The position numbers and the translations under genes were made by a program. A DNA stretch of 64,000 nt. Source: Harriotta raleighana (lineage: Eukaryota). Below the pieces are notes generated by a model. The model made no database searches. It saw only the letters and a list, made by a program, of their open reading frames with translations, and was not told where the DNA came from. The stretch is taken from contig JBNZDD010013646.1 in assembly GCA_050575255.1 (NCBI GenBank), positions 2,433,229-2,497,228 of the forward strand, read 5' to 3'. Position 1 is the first letter of the stretch. Each line of letters starts with the position of its first letter. Positions 26,373-39,540 of the stretch are shown one piece after another.

Positions 26373-28564
26373 GCATTATTGCTGTGTAATGGAAGACTAA
26401 AACAAATTAAAGGAAAGGTTAGAAAAAAATTGTTGGAATGTGACATTTTCTCCCACAAATTGTTTCTCAAGTGAATTGGATAGATGTTCAGAAAAGATAA
26501 AAATTAAAGGAAGTGGATACGACAAGACAGAAAGGAAAAGTGGCTGTGCAGATACGATAAGCCGATTATGTGCTGTCACATTCTACGATGTTAGAGGGGA
26601 GAATGCAATATTCCAAATGGTATTCTGTTCCCTAATTAACAGCGGGTAATTAGAAATGTTTTATTGATGGCAGGGAAAATGCAGTTCAAGCATGCCCTTA
26701 AAACTTTTCCTTAACAAGAGGTTTGGAACTGAACCCTCACCCCTCCTCCCGCCCCACATACACACACACACAACATACTAAGGCAATTAATTTTGCCATA
26801 GATGTTAAACTACTAAATAATAATAAACATGATTATCCTTTTGATTTGCCAATAGCACCTTTGAAGTCAGGAGGATATTCCAAAGTGCTTCACAGGATTT
26901 ACATGGCTCTGAGACTGTAGTCCACACCAAGGCCACTATTAAAACGTGACTGCAAAGTGTGAACACCGCATGGTTGTAGGATAGCAGCAGCCCATTTGCC
27001 CGCAGTGATGTACCACATGCAACTATGAAATCAATGACAATTTCATATTGAAGATTGTTTGACAGAGAAACTCTGTTCTCCAAAGCTAAAGAGCAGCTGT
27101 GGGAATTGGAAATAAAGTTCTCAGGGCCTTGAGTAAAAAATCATGGCCCACTGTATAAAACTGTCCATCGCCAATATTGTGGTTAAGGGGCATGAATAGT
27201 TTATCCTAACTACTTCTCTATCCAGCCGCAATACGTAGAGAATGCAGATACTACACATGATGATTAATAAAAATAATCCTTACATTTTAAAAGGCCTTAT
27301 ATCGGAGATAAGACATGTCAAAGTCACAAAATATACAGTTACATGAATTAACTGAAGATTTTATGGGGGGAAATATACAAGCATGATTGTTAATTGGTAA
27401 GCTGATAAATATTGAAGAGCCAACCACTTTTTCTGTTTGGCTCCTCAATACTTATCATCTTACCAATTGAACACACAATAAATTGGTTTGGTTTGAAATG
27501 ACTGTCATTTGAATTTTATTAAAATGGGAGTGAATAGTACAGAATATGTGTGTTGGATGGTACAGAAGTTAATGGAGGCCTTAGAAGGGATGTTGTAAGA
27601 AATCTGTAGTCTGAAATTTGTGGTAGGTGAAGGTGAGTGAGGAGGGCATTGGAAAAGTTGAGTCTGGAAGCGACAAAGAGTTGGATGAGATTTTCAGCTT
27701 TATTAATGTCAGGTAATGGCAAAGGCAGGGCTATGTTGTAGAGATGCAAGAGAAAAAAAANGAGTGAGGAGGGCATTGGAAAAGTTGAGTCTGGAAGCGA
27801 CAAAGAGTTGGGTGAGATTTTCAGCTTTATTAATGTCAGGTAATGGCAAAGGCAGGCTATGTTGTAGAGATGCAAGAGAAAAAAATTATTCAGGGCCTGA
27901 TGCAAAATTTTAAGAACAAAACACCAAAGGTCTGAATAGCTCAGTAATCTGGAGTGAGCAGCCAGGGGCATTGATACAATTAGTGTCTGAAAGAGGAGAT
28001 GCAGTTAGGAGCTGAGAAACATAGTTTTGTTGGTTAAGGGCTCAGCTAGGATTTAATATTAATAGTCTGTCGGATCAGCAATGGCGCTAGAACTGAGGAT
28101 AGAGGCAAAAAGATAGAATGAAGTATCTTCTACAAAATCTACATCCAGTACTTGTGTAAGTGAACTTTATTCCCGTAGAGAATGTATAATACAATACAAT
28201 AAAAAAAACAAAAGTTTTGTTTCAGATTCCCAGCATCTGTAGTATTTTATGTTTTGACAATAAAAATTATATTTGTATAGCACCTTTCAGATTGGGAGGA
28301 CGTCCCAAGGCATCGATATGCAAGTCAGGAATTTGGACCGGGGGAGAGTGGCCATCTCCCAGGAGATTCTTGGGAGGTGCATTTAAGAAGGCAATGGAGG
28401 TAGTGAGGCAAAGTGAATATGGGGTGCAGTTCCATAGGGTGAGGGCATCAGGTTTCTAGATGATTACATTAAGGTGGAGCATACAGATGCTGAAACAAGA
28501 GGAATTATGTAATCAAGCATAGCTTTATTATCTCCCAAAAGCTAAAATGTTTCATTTTCACCTA

Positions 28565-28866
28565 AATAATAATAATTCTTGCATTTGATATAGTGCTTTT
28601 CACATCTTCTAGATGTCTCAAAGCGCTTTACAGAATACACCGTAAAGTGAATTGACTGTATACATGTGGACGAAATGCAGCAGCCAATTGCATACAGCAG
28701 TGTTCAACAAATAGTTGTGGATTGAAATGAACAATTTTGTTTTGAGGAATTATTATTAGGCATGTGGAGTAAGGAAACTTGCCCAAGGTTTTGTCCTCCT
28801 TGGAAATGCTCCCAGTTCTCTCGCTTGTAAGGTGAATGCTCTAACCAAAGAGCTACAGGACTCCAC
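28565..28866 (-). mobile_element. Full-length Deu-domain SINE
   Basis: Reverse complement of the family consensus, from (aat)n-tcttgcatttgatatag to gagctacaggactccac. Confidence 0.85.
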
Positions 28867-28878
28867 AAATAGAGTGCT

Positions 28879-29687
28879 ATGTCTGCTAGACTCTTTCACA
28901 CGAGAGAAGAGTGCAAAAAAATCAAAATTCTAGAGACCACTTTAGCCTTATATAAAAAAAAGTGATCTGTAATGGAACAGAAATTGTATAATACACTGAA
29001 GATTTTTCTGTCAGCTGTAATAATCTCCTAAAAGCACCCTAAAATTCCAAGTTTGAGCATTAGAAAGGCCAGTTTCAATGCATACTGTGGGACTAGGTTG
29101 GATTTTCCACCATTGTTAAGTGCTCTGAGACATCACCTGGATCGAGTGCACTATATAAATACAAGTTGTTTAAATATTGAATGTTTGTTCATATTGGTTG
29201 ATTACGTATTGTTGTAATTATTTTATTTCGAACCTGTTATCTATAGCCAAAGGTAATAGACAAGAACCCTTCCCCTTTGAATCAAATACTCTCTCATGAA
29301 ATCGCACTGGAACAGCCCAACTGTACTTCATGTTTTTCTGATTAGTTGGGTGTCTGATATGGGGAAACTCATCACCATGTTTTAGATTATGCAGTTGAAA
29401 ATATGACTGCTACCTACATATGAAAATTTTCATCTACAACACAAATCTATTACTCCACGTTTAATTTTATGCAGAGTTCAGGTTAACATGCTCAATTTAT
29501 TTCAAAGGCCACATTAATACTTTATTTGTAGAGAAAGAAGATTATTACAGCTGACAGAAAAATCTTCAGTGTATTATACAATTTCTGTTCCATTACAGAT
29601 CACCTTTTTTTTATATAAGGCTAAAGTGGTCTCTAGAATTTAGATTTTTTTGCACTCTTCTCTCATGTGAAAGAGTCTAGCAGATAT
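28879..29687. repeat. Inverted repeat, arms 28879-29026 and 29539-29687, spacer about 510 bp
   Basis: The arms are reverse complements over about 148 bp with 3 substitutions and 1 indel, counted by eye. Confidence 0.95.
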
Positions 29688-32190
29688 GTATCTATTTTCA
29701 TAGACACCTGTAAAGAACTGAAGTGGCAAGTGTGAATTTTATTTTAATTAATATTCAAAGGTGTAGGTTAATTTTGAAGAAGAAAAATGCAAAGTGCAAT
29801 AATTAGCACGGGCAAGGTGATAATTATTAGGCTGGTATCCTGTGCACCATCACTGAAACATCACACATAAGAAACAACATGTAACGTGCGGTGGGAGGAA
29901 ATAAATATAAGACTTTAATATAAATCGAAAATTAAAGACTGATTTAGATTGTAATTTAGGGGAGTGTGATAATTGACAAATATCATTTTGGTACAGCCCA
30001 ACACATATAAAAATGCATAAACTCATGACTCACTGTTTCAAAGAGCTGGATTTCTTGTTCTGAAAGGTTTCAGTTTCGGCTTCACCCTCGTAGTCCAAGT
30101 GTGTAGTAATGTCAAAGATAAAGATCCGCTTCTAATCCAAGTCCTGCAGAGTGAATCATATGAAATTAGGAAATATAGACCCATCTTTGGGATGTTACAA
30201 GATGACAGTCAATGAACTATGGACAGAGGTGTCAGGTAGCTCACTTAACTAAAGGAGAGTATCTACTTACTTGGATCAAGTTTCCTTTTGAATGAATTAA
30301 CAATTAAAATAAAATACAACAGTATGAGACATCTTCGTTTTGATATTTCATTGTGGATTTAAATATTAAAGTATGCTATGCTACAACTGCATCCAAAATA
30401 TTAATAAAACATTTGATATAATTGTAATGAGTAGAAAACAAGTTAATAGTTCATATTGGAATTTGTAGATATGTTTATACATTCATAAAATAAAAGTCAC
30501 AATTCCCCATTGCATTCACACTCACTTTACACAAATGAAGACCTATATCTTGTTTTCTTTATGCCAGAAACAGATTCATGGGACTCAGAATGATATGATT
30601 ACCCAAGATCCCATCTGCCTGTTCCCATGAATGTCTCATGAAACTACTTGAAAAGAGAAGTTTCTCCTTGCATCTGGTCAAAAATCCTCCAATTCAAATA
30701 TGTTTTGATCTTCTTCTGGGAAAATTGCTGCAATGTTTGCCACATTAACAGTTACCACATTTAATATAATTAAAGTAATGTACTTTGTGATGCTTCAGAG
30801 TGATAAAGAACAATAAAAATTTCTATACATTAGTCTATCCTGTCCATGGAAGTGGAACTATAATCTGAGTCGAAGATCAATGAGTATGATTACTCACAAG
30901 AACATTATGTATGTGAATCACTTGATGTTCATTTCAATAATCTTTTCCAGCTAATAATCCTATTCTTTCTTAATGGTTGCTGGATGCCAAAACACGGATT
31001 CCATGGCAACATTAAGCAGTTTAGAGACAAAACATTCATAAATCCTCAACAGGTAATAAAGTATGCCAGTCTACCATTGCATTCAAAATATTAATTAAAA
31101 AATTAATTTAATTATCAAGCATAGAAAGGCAAGATAACAGTCCATATTATATTTTTGCTGTAATACTTTCCCATTACCTTTTCATGTAAGGGCTCGTGAA
31201 AACTAGAACTTCTTTCAAAGCATTGTTTTGCCTCTTACTGAAGCAATTCTTTCCTGAATGTATTGCTTGAGACATCCAGTAGTGAATACATCAGTTCTGG
31301 TAAACCAACTGGCAGAACCAATGATGATTATAAAAGCAAAGGAGCAATGGAGAACATTTCTCTCCATCCAGGGATAATTTATTTAACTTGAAGTAAAAAA
31401 ACATACAATACATGTCATTGGTACAATATCCAGGAATAAATGGCCCTTAACATTTATGGTTAAGCTTGCCTTTTCCTATGTTTGTAGATAAAGGCCCACT
31501 TCATTTAAAAATTGACATGTGATTATTTTTAGTCCTTGGAAATAATTTTGATGACAGAAAACAATACTATTCTCATAACATTGAACAATAGGTTTCAGTG
31601 ATTCCTGCATATTTATTTCACAAGTTCAAAGTGTGCCATTTGTATCAAAGATGAATTTAATGATTCATTATTGCTGCGGGCATAAGGAAATTATTATTTG
31701 ATTAATAAATGGAACATCACATCTCAAAGCTTCTCTGTTGCTTATCTTTGCGCCATTATTTCCCTTTTATGTTTCTACAAACATTTATCTCTTTAATTTT
31801 CTGGATGTGTATGGTTTATACACTGATTACTGATCAAAGCAATCCTGACAGTTGCATTCTCAGATGCTATAGATTCAAAGGATGCAAGATCAGTCTATCT
31901 GTTGCAGCATTTATCCTGTAGTTCTGTTGGTTATGCAGTTGCTTGAATGGGAAACAATAAAAGTAGGTGCATATTCTATTGTTGCAGTAGAACATGCCAA
32001 TGGGATATCAATTATAGGATCACAGAATCTTACGGCCCAAAAGGAGGCCATTCGACCCATCGAGTCTGTGCGGCTCTTTGAAAAGAGCAACTCAATTCCA
32101 TTCCCCAGCTCCCCATAACCATACAAACTCATCCTCCCCAAATAAATCTCTACCTCTCTTTTAAAAGTTGCTAGCGAATCGACCTCCACC

Positions 32191-32932
32191 ACCTTTTCTT
32201 CAGCTCAATGTCCGGAAAACCGAGGTCCTCCTGATTGGCTCGCGTCAGCGCCTCCGCAACTCAGGTGCTGACAGCATCAGCATCCAAGGCTGCACTCTCC
32301 ACCTCGCAAAGCCAGTCAGGAACCTAGGTGTTCTATTTGACCNNNNNNNNNNNNNNNNNNNNNNNNNNNNNNNNNNNNNNNNNNNNNNNNNNNNNNNNNN
32401 NNNNNNNNNNNNNNNNNNNNNNNNNNNNNNNNNNNNNNNNNNNNNNNNNNNNNNNNNNNNNNNNNNNNNNNNNNNNNNNNNNNNNNNNNNNNNNNNNNNN
32501 NNNNNNNNNNNNNNNNNNNNNNNNNNNNNNNNNNNNNNNNNNNNNNNNNNNNNNNNNNNNNNNNNNNNNNNNNNNNNNNNNNNNNNNNNNNNNNNNNNNN
32601 NNNNNNNNNNNNNNNNNNNNNNNNNNNNNNNNNNNNNNNNNNNNNNNNNNNNNNNNNNNNNNNNNNNNNNNNNNNNNNNNNNNNNNNNNNNNNNNNNNNN
32701 NNNNNNNNNNNNNNNNNNNNNNNNNNNNNNNNNNNNNNNNNNNNNNNNNNNNNNNNNNNNNNNNNNNNNNNNNNNNNNNNNNNNNNNNNNNNNNNNNNNN
32801 NNNNNNNNNNNNNNNNNNNNNNNNNNNNNNNNNNNNNNNNNNNNNNNNNNNNNCAGCGCCTTGGGATGTCCTCCTGACGTGAAACGCGCTCTATAAGTGT
32901 AATTTTGTTGTTGTTGTTGTTGTTGTTGTTGT
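32191..32932 (+). mobile_element. Young L2 insertion (mostly N-gap) nested in CR1
   Basis: FLQLNVRKTEVLLIG..VRNLGVLFD before the gap. Intact tail cagcgccttgggatgtcctcctgacgtgaaacgcgctctataagtgtaatt(ttg)n after it. Confidence 0.85.
32343..32853. other. Assembly gap
   Basis: Run of N. Confidence 1.
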
Positions 32933-34167
32933 TTCCAGGCAATGCATTCCAGATTCAAACAACTCACTGAGTGAAAACATTTATTCTCACCTCCCCTCTG
33001 CTTCTTTTAGAAACTATTTTAAATCTGTGACCTCGGGTCACTGACACACCCACCAGTGGAAGCAGTTTTTCCCTGTTTACCCTATTGAATCCCCTCATAA
33101 TCTTGAAAACCTCTATTAGGTCTCCTCGTAACCTTCTCTGCTTGAGTGAGAATAAACCAAACCTCTAGTCTTTCCTCATAACTGAAGTCCGTCATTCCTG
33201 GTACCATCCTGGTAAATCTCATCTGCACCCTTTCCAATGCCTTAACACCCTTCCTAAAATGTGATGACCAGAATTGAACACAGTACTCTAGCTGAGGCCT
33301 AACCTGTGAATGACACCCAGATACTGAAATAACAAATAACTTGTCTCCAAACAGTTTGAGGCACCAATAAGCAAGACAAAACAGTATGCTGGGCAATATT
33401 GACAAATGAGTTGAATTTAGCTCCACAAGAGTAATGCTTCAGCTGCTCATGTGAGTTTGTGCTTGGAGAAATCCATAGATTTGCGGGCACTATGGAATAA
33501 GAGCTCTGCCTAACCTCCGGAGAAAGTAAAGTACTAGAGGCATGAAATACAGCATAATGAATAACATATAAAATAGGGCTTTCAAGTTTGAAAAGTTGAT
33601 TCTCAAAGGAGATCTTCTAAAGGGATGTAATATCACTGATGGGATAGAAAAACTAAAGGCAGAATACTGTAACTTTTTTCAGTTAGATCAATGGAACAGT
33701 GCAGGGCAATTTTAGGAGAAACACTAGGAATTTATTGATTATTGATTGAAAGAGATGGTAATCAATAATTACAACAGGTTACCGAGAAGAGTGTGTGAGG
33801 CCTGAAGACTGAATATATTTATGATGCAGTTTGATCCCTTAATGATAGAGTAGATATTCTGATAATATGGGATCAAATGGACAGAATAGTCTTTTCCATC
33901 CAAACCTCTCATTATTTCTGAAAGAACAAAACCTTTTAAATGAGCCCTTCACACCCACATATTGCTTTTGTGGCTAAATCAGTGCTGGCTTAAAATATGC
34001 ACATCGGCATCTCAGTGATCGGAGTACTCACCTCGCAAGCGAAAGAGCTGGATATGATTCCCGGCAAGCCAAAATGTGGGACACTGTTGTGCGCAATAGG
34101 CTGCCACATTTTCCGCACAAAATATACAGTCAATTCATTTTACCATATATTCTGTGATGCGCTTTGA

Positions 34168-35235
34168 GCACTTTCAAGGCCCTCCATGGCGTTGCCCCCG
34201 CCTACCTCTGTGACCTGCTGACCCCATGTCAACTTGTCCGCTCCCTCCATTCAGCAGCCTACTGCCTGCTTGATGTCTCCCACACAACCCTCCCTCCCAT
34301 CGCTGACCGGGCTTTCAGTATCTCTACCTCTTTATTTTGGATGGGTCTCAAGACCCTCCTTTTCGACCGTGCCTTCCACTGTACCCCTACTTCTGTGCCC
34401 TCCCTCATTCCTACCCTACCCCACTCTTCTCTCCCATGCTCGAGTTCTGAGGACTGTGTTTAGTGCTTTGAGACTTCTTCCTGTTGTGAAAGGCACTCTA
34501 CAATGTAATTTTTGTTGTTGTTGTTAAGATTCCTCAATGAGATGATCTTCGATTGTTTTGCTCCCTCCCTTGTCTCCATCAAGTTACATCTCAAGACCCT
34601 ACGACCCTCCAAACTCCCTTATCACAATCCATTCCCCCTATTCGGGTCCAAGTCCCTGACTGTGCAGCACCTTAGGACGTCACCCTGACATGTCTTGACA
34701 AGTTCTGCCTTTCTCCCACTTCTACAACATTGCCCAGCTCTGCTATTGCCTCATCCCTAAGATGTCAAAACCCTCATTCATGCATTCATCACATTTAGGC
34801 GTGACGACGTCAACTCCTGTCTTTGACCGACTCCACTGGCTCTCCATCCCTCAGAGGATGAAGTTCAAAATCTTTGTCCTCAACTTTCAAGGCCCTCCAC
34901 GATCTTGCCACTTCCAACCTCTGTGACCTGCTAACCCTGTATCAACCTATCCGCTTCCTCTGCTCAGCAGGTTCCAGCCTGCTCCACATACTCTGCCCAA
35001 CAGCCTTTCCACCCCCAGCTTTGGAACTCCATCCTACATTCCCTTTGCCTTGCTCTCTTACTTGCTTCCATCAATACCCTCCTCTTCAACCATCCATTCA
35101 GTCATCCTCTTACTCTCTCTGTCCTCCATCCTATCTTATTCCAACTCCCCACACTTTTCTAGCACAACCCTTACTGTCGAGCACCTTGGGGCATTCTTCC
35201 AACGTGAATGGCGATAAAAAGCTGTAATTTTGCAT
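34168..35235 (+). mobile_element. Cluster of tandem L2 3' fragments
   Basis: TFKALHG/DLA..LCDLL occurs twice, with two or three L2 tails. Confidence 0.75.
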
Positions 35236-35382
35236 TACAACCAAATGCAAGAATTATTATAATTCATATATTCTCATTGATAAACTCACTGGCATAATCA
35301 ATACAATGAATCCTCCCACCAATCCCAGTTTAGGTGGCTTTTTGCTTATAGAGTTTTTCAATTTCAATAAATATTGCAAAAA

Positions 35383-35909
35383 CACTAAAAGCCCATTTAT
35401 CTAGCACCAGTGGGACCTAGCCAATGCTGGTTAAATGGCTTGCTGGCTAAACGGTTGGATCCGATGTCGAAAACCCAACACAAAAAAACTTAACATATTT
35501 GAACACATACCATATTAATAATAGACTAAATAATAACAAAAAATAACAGAATATTGTATGGGTACTTTATTATAAATGTTATATACTGTACCATATTATT
35601 AATAGACTAAATACACTAATACCAGATAGTGTAATAACAGAATATTGTATAAGTATTTTATTATTTATACTTAACTTTTGCAATGGTGGCCGCTACGCGA
35701 GGAAAAAAAATGGCAGAGTGACTTTAAGGCTTTACTAGCAGCAAGCCAAAATACCTGTACAGTATCCTCATGCGACAATCGATTAATTAAATGCGCCACC
35801 GCTATTCTGACGAATAACTTCCGGTTAATCAGATGGAGACTTTTTTTTTGACGTACCGGTTATACGGAAGTTCCAGTTCATCGAGTCACGGATAAATGGG
35901 CTTTTGCTG
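35383..35909 (-). mobile_element. Family A Tigger-type element, variant TIR
   Basis: TIRs cactaaaagcccatttatc / gataaatgggcttttgctg. Shares the subterminal ...gttcatcgagtcacggataaa with the 18215 copy. Confidence 0.8.
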
Positions 35910-37319
35910 TACATGAAAAATAAATGATCAGTTGTCTGATTTAGAGAAAGAACAGCATAATTAGAATATGTGTGATTTGATAAGAAGATCTTTCTGGAAT
36001 CTTTAAGTAATTGGGTTGCGTCCATTCATATTTCCTAATATACTGGCTGACATTAGATATTGTAACATAATTTTTTTAAATGTGTTTGAGGTAATGTATA
36101 CATTAAATATGTATTGTATTCTGTAGGCTTTATCAGGATCACTCTGGAAGTCCCTAGCACCTTGTATTCTTCCTTCTGACTCCAGGTACAATAATACCTA
36201 ATTCCAAAAATGAAGTACGGACAAGTATGAAATAAAAGTTAGGAAACACAAACTAAATACAAGAAGTCCAATGCCTTTGCTATTTAACAAAAAGAAAAGG
36301 ACAGTTCTTCATTGGTTAGACAGTGATATCTAAAAGAACATAGAATATATTCCATTGAAACTTGAAGCGGTTTTAAATGTCCACTACATCAAGTGCAAGG
36401 ATTATTATTTCTACAGTAAAATTTGTATTTATAGTTGGAAGTAAGATCCATATTACTAATAGTAAAGTACAGGTCTGCAAAAAGAAAATCATGCATTATT
36501 AATCGAAGAAGAAGTTTACAAGAAAGCGACATTTGCAAATGCCATACTTAGTGTTTAAATAAAACCACAGATTCTAATATTTTCCAGAGCAATTGATGTT
36601 TCACTTTCCCTACCAATAATTGTATTCATTGGGTGGTGAGGGGGAGAATCTATGAACTAATTTCTTAAAATATTATGAAGGTCTCTAAAGCCATGTATGA
36701 ATGAATACACATTAAACAGTTCTTTCATGGTAGAAGATGAAAAGAATTTTTCATCAAAGAATTTTGAAAACAGAGTTTCAGCCTTGATGTGTTGCTGCTT
36801 CTTATTGGAAAGATGTGCAAGTTACTTAGATGTCTCATAAGTACAATACATTTTAGCAAACTTTGGCATTAACTGTAGCTGTTGTTAATTAATATAAATC
36901 TGGCACTAATCCAGAAATGAGCACTGAAAGATATGGGAATAGAAAGTGAAAATATAACTTGTTTTCTGTTATAGAAGGATAGAGGATTTTCAGGTAAAAA
37001 TAATAATCCTTGCATTTAGTATTGTGTCGTTCTTGTCAGGAGGACATCCCAAAGCACTTTTATAGGATGTACTGTGAAGTGAAAAGACTGTATTTTTACC
37101 AATAATTTTCATGAAGTGAATGATCCATTTTATTTGGGCACTTGATGGCCAAGACACTGGAAGAAACTTCCCCTCGCTTTTCAAATTTTGCCAAATTATT
37201 CACATCCACCTTAACAGGCAGACAGGAACTCAGTATAACATCTCATTTGAAGGACAGCAGTGTAAGTTTTAAAACTGTTCTGTCCTATAAAAGCTTAAAT
37301 TGATAACATTAATATTTAC

Positions 37320-39540
37320 AGGGTGGGGTGGAGAGGGAGTGGTTCTCCCTGTTGCTGGTAATGGGTTTCCAGCTGGAAGAAAACACAAGACCAGTAACTC
37401 CTAACATGAAGCCATGAGTCTGAAATGCAAGACCCAATACTGCATTCTCTTCACTCTCCACGCCATTAAACCTCTTGATCAGACCAGGAGACTCAGCTGT
37501 TAACCAATGGATCCTTGTGCTGTCAGTGAACAATTTGGACAACACAGCCTCAAGAACAATGTTTTATCTCAAATGTTACCATTTGAGGGAGGGCCCTGTA
37601 TGTGCCCATTGCCCGTGAAAGGACTTTGAGGAAAGTTTGGTAGTAAGGAAGAATTGCTGGAAGAGGTACATATATATATCGATGTGTCATCATACCAAGT
37701 TAATGGAAAGCCGCATACAGTACATGAATTTCATCGCACACCCCACAAGGAAATCATCACTTCAAATGCATCCCACACACTGCCCAATATGTAGAATTAG
37801 CAATTCTAATTTTGCCTATGCTAGCAATACAACTTTGTTATTGCCCTTGTATCACAAAAGTGCTATCTGGAGAACTGATGGAAAGCTCTTGGAGAGTGTG
37901 ATAGTGCTACAAGAATGACGGCAAAGTTTGAAACAACAGCATAGTCTATGTTATTTTGGAAAGCTCACGAATATGGGAAAGACATTCAGAGGGTAATGGT
38001 AAGGAAGATCTACAAGCCGAAAAAACTCCTAGGGATGAAGAAATGTGGGAGGCACCAACGGGGAACTCTAAACACAATTAAGAAAGTTGAGGGCGATTTG
38101 AGAAAATTACAAATTGACCACCCGCCACAGTAGATGGTAAGAACAGGGACAACTACTGGCATAATAATAACAATAACAATAATAATAATCCTTATTTTGA
38201 TATAGATGTCTTCTAGACATTTCAAAGTGATCACAGAATATAGTGCAAAGTGAATTGAGTATATATTTGTGGGTGAAACGTGGCAGGCAATTGCACACAG
38301 CAGTGTCCCACAAACAGTCGTGGATTGAAATTACCAATTTTTTTGTTGTGCTTTCTTTTGGAGGGATCATTATTAGGCATGTGGCATAAGGAAACTTGCC
38401 AAAGGTTTCACCCTAAGTTGCCTGGATTCGAACACACTTCTCATGCTTGTAAGGTGAGTGCTCTAACCACTGAGCTACAGAACCATGTGAATGGGCAACA
38501 GATACAAAATTGGTGTGGAGGGATCAGCAAGAGGTATTGATGTGAGAAGATCGGGGGTACACAAATGATGATTACATGCATAATACCATTGTTTAGGGGG
38601 AGAAATATATCATCTGTGCCACTTCTGCCCAACAGCAGGACATGGCTCTGCAAATGTGACACTAGATAACATTAGGAATTAGATTGCATGTTCATGAATG
38701 AAACAGGATATTGAATTTCAATGCCATATATGATTGGTTTGCTTGAAACATAACACTACATAGCATACTAGTGGAACCTTCATAAGAACAGCAGCACTGC
38801 CAGAAGGACCCTGGATTCACCTATAAATAGATTTTTTGTGCTATTAACTAAACTGGTGGGTTACCAATATTGCTTCTTAATCATGGCCAAATATACTAAA
38901 TAGATACAGTAGTTGAATTCCTGGAGGGGATTACCTCTCTGAAAAGATAGCGACCGAGGATTCCATTTTACAGGGGCTGAGTTCACAGAGTTGCAAAAGA
39001 TATTAGGCATTGAGCAGAAATTATAGGTTGCGCATCACCCACAATCATCACTGGTTTTGAGAACTTGGACACTCAAAACCAATTACGGAAATTTTGTGCA
39101 GATATTCTTACAAATCGGATGAGGATGTTGCCTATGTATTTAATGGCAATCACATTAGCTCCTCACTCTACCACTGAAGTACACTTTACCAGGTCATGAC
39201 TAAAAGATTGATGAGAAAACCTGGTTACTTTTTAATGCCACATGTGGCAACATTGGCACAGGTATGAAAAAGGTAGCTGATAGCCATGATTGATTTCATG
39301 AGGCAAACAAACAAATTTGTGGACAAACACACAACCCAAATGAAGAACTATTTTAATGAAAAGGTCAGACCTTTTAAGCATGAGTTTGCACTGAATTTAA
39401 ACTTCATGATTTTGTGCCCAAATGGAAGAAACCACACCTTATTGCAAATTAAGCTAGTACAGTACATCATTACATTCAAAATCTGGGGAAAATGCAGAAA
39501 AAGTCTATCAAAAGGCATCATATAAACTGGATGAAAACAG
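37320..39540 (+). mobile_element. Degenerate endogenous retrovirus-like pol remnant (tether, RNase H, integrase), interrupted by a SINE
   Basis: Motifs read across frameshifts, in the expected order. Tether: STPLNLLIRPGDSAV..W and FEGGPCMCP. RNase H: IYIDVSSY (DGS-like), HTAQYVELA, RTDGKLL, WKAH, EGNGKEDLQA. Integrase: EGPWIHL*IDF, SDRGFHFTG, HHPQSS, MKNYFNEKVRP, PKWKKPH, HINWMK. Confidence 0.8.
38161..38486 (-). mobile_element. Full-length Deu-domain SINE inserted in the ERV-like pol
   Basis: (aat/aac)n tail, core cacagcagtgtcccacaaacag, head ctctaaccactgagctacag. Confidence 0.85.

Larger units (their letters stand above)
32014..33305 (-). mobile_element. CR1-type LINE 3' fragment
   Basis: Minus-strand VRPQLEYCVQFWS..ALERVQMRFTRMVPG. 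3' end gatgggtcgaatggcctcctttt...ttctgtgatcctat. Confidence 0.85.

Noticed and set aside
32168-32967. Long ORFs of 184-242 aa (also 20297-20551)
   Set aside because: They read through N-gaps. The real sequence at their ends is L2 or CR1.
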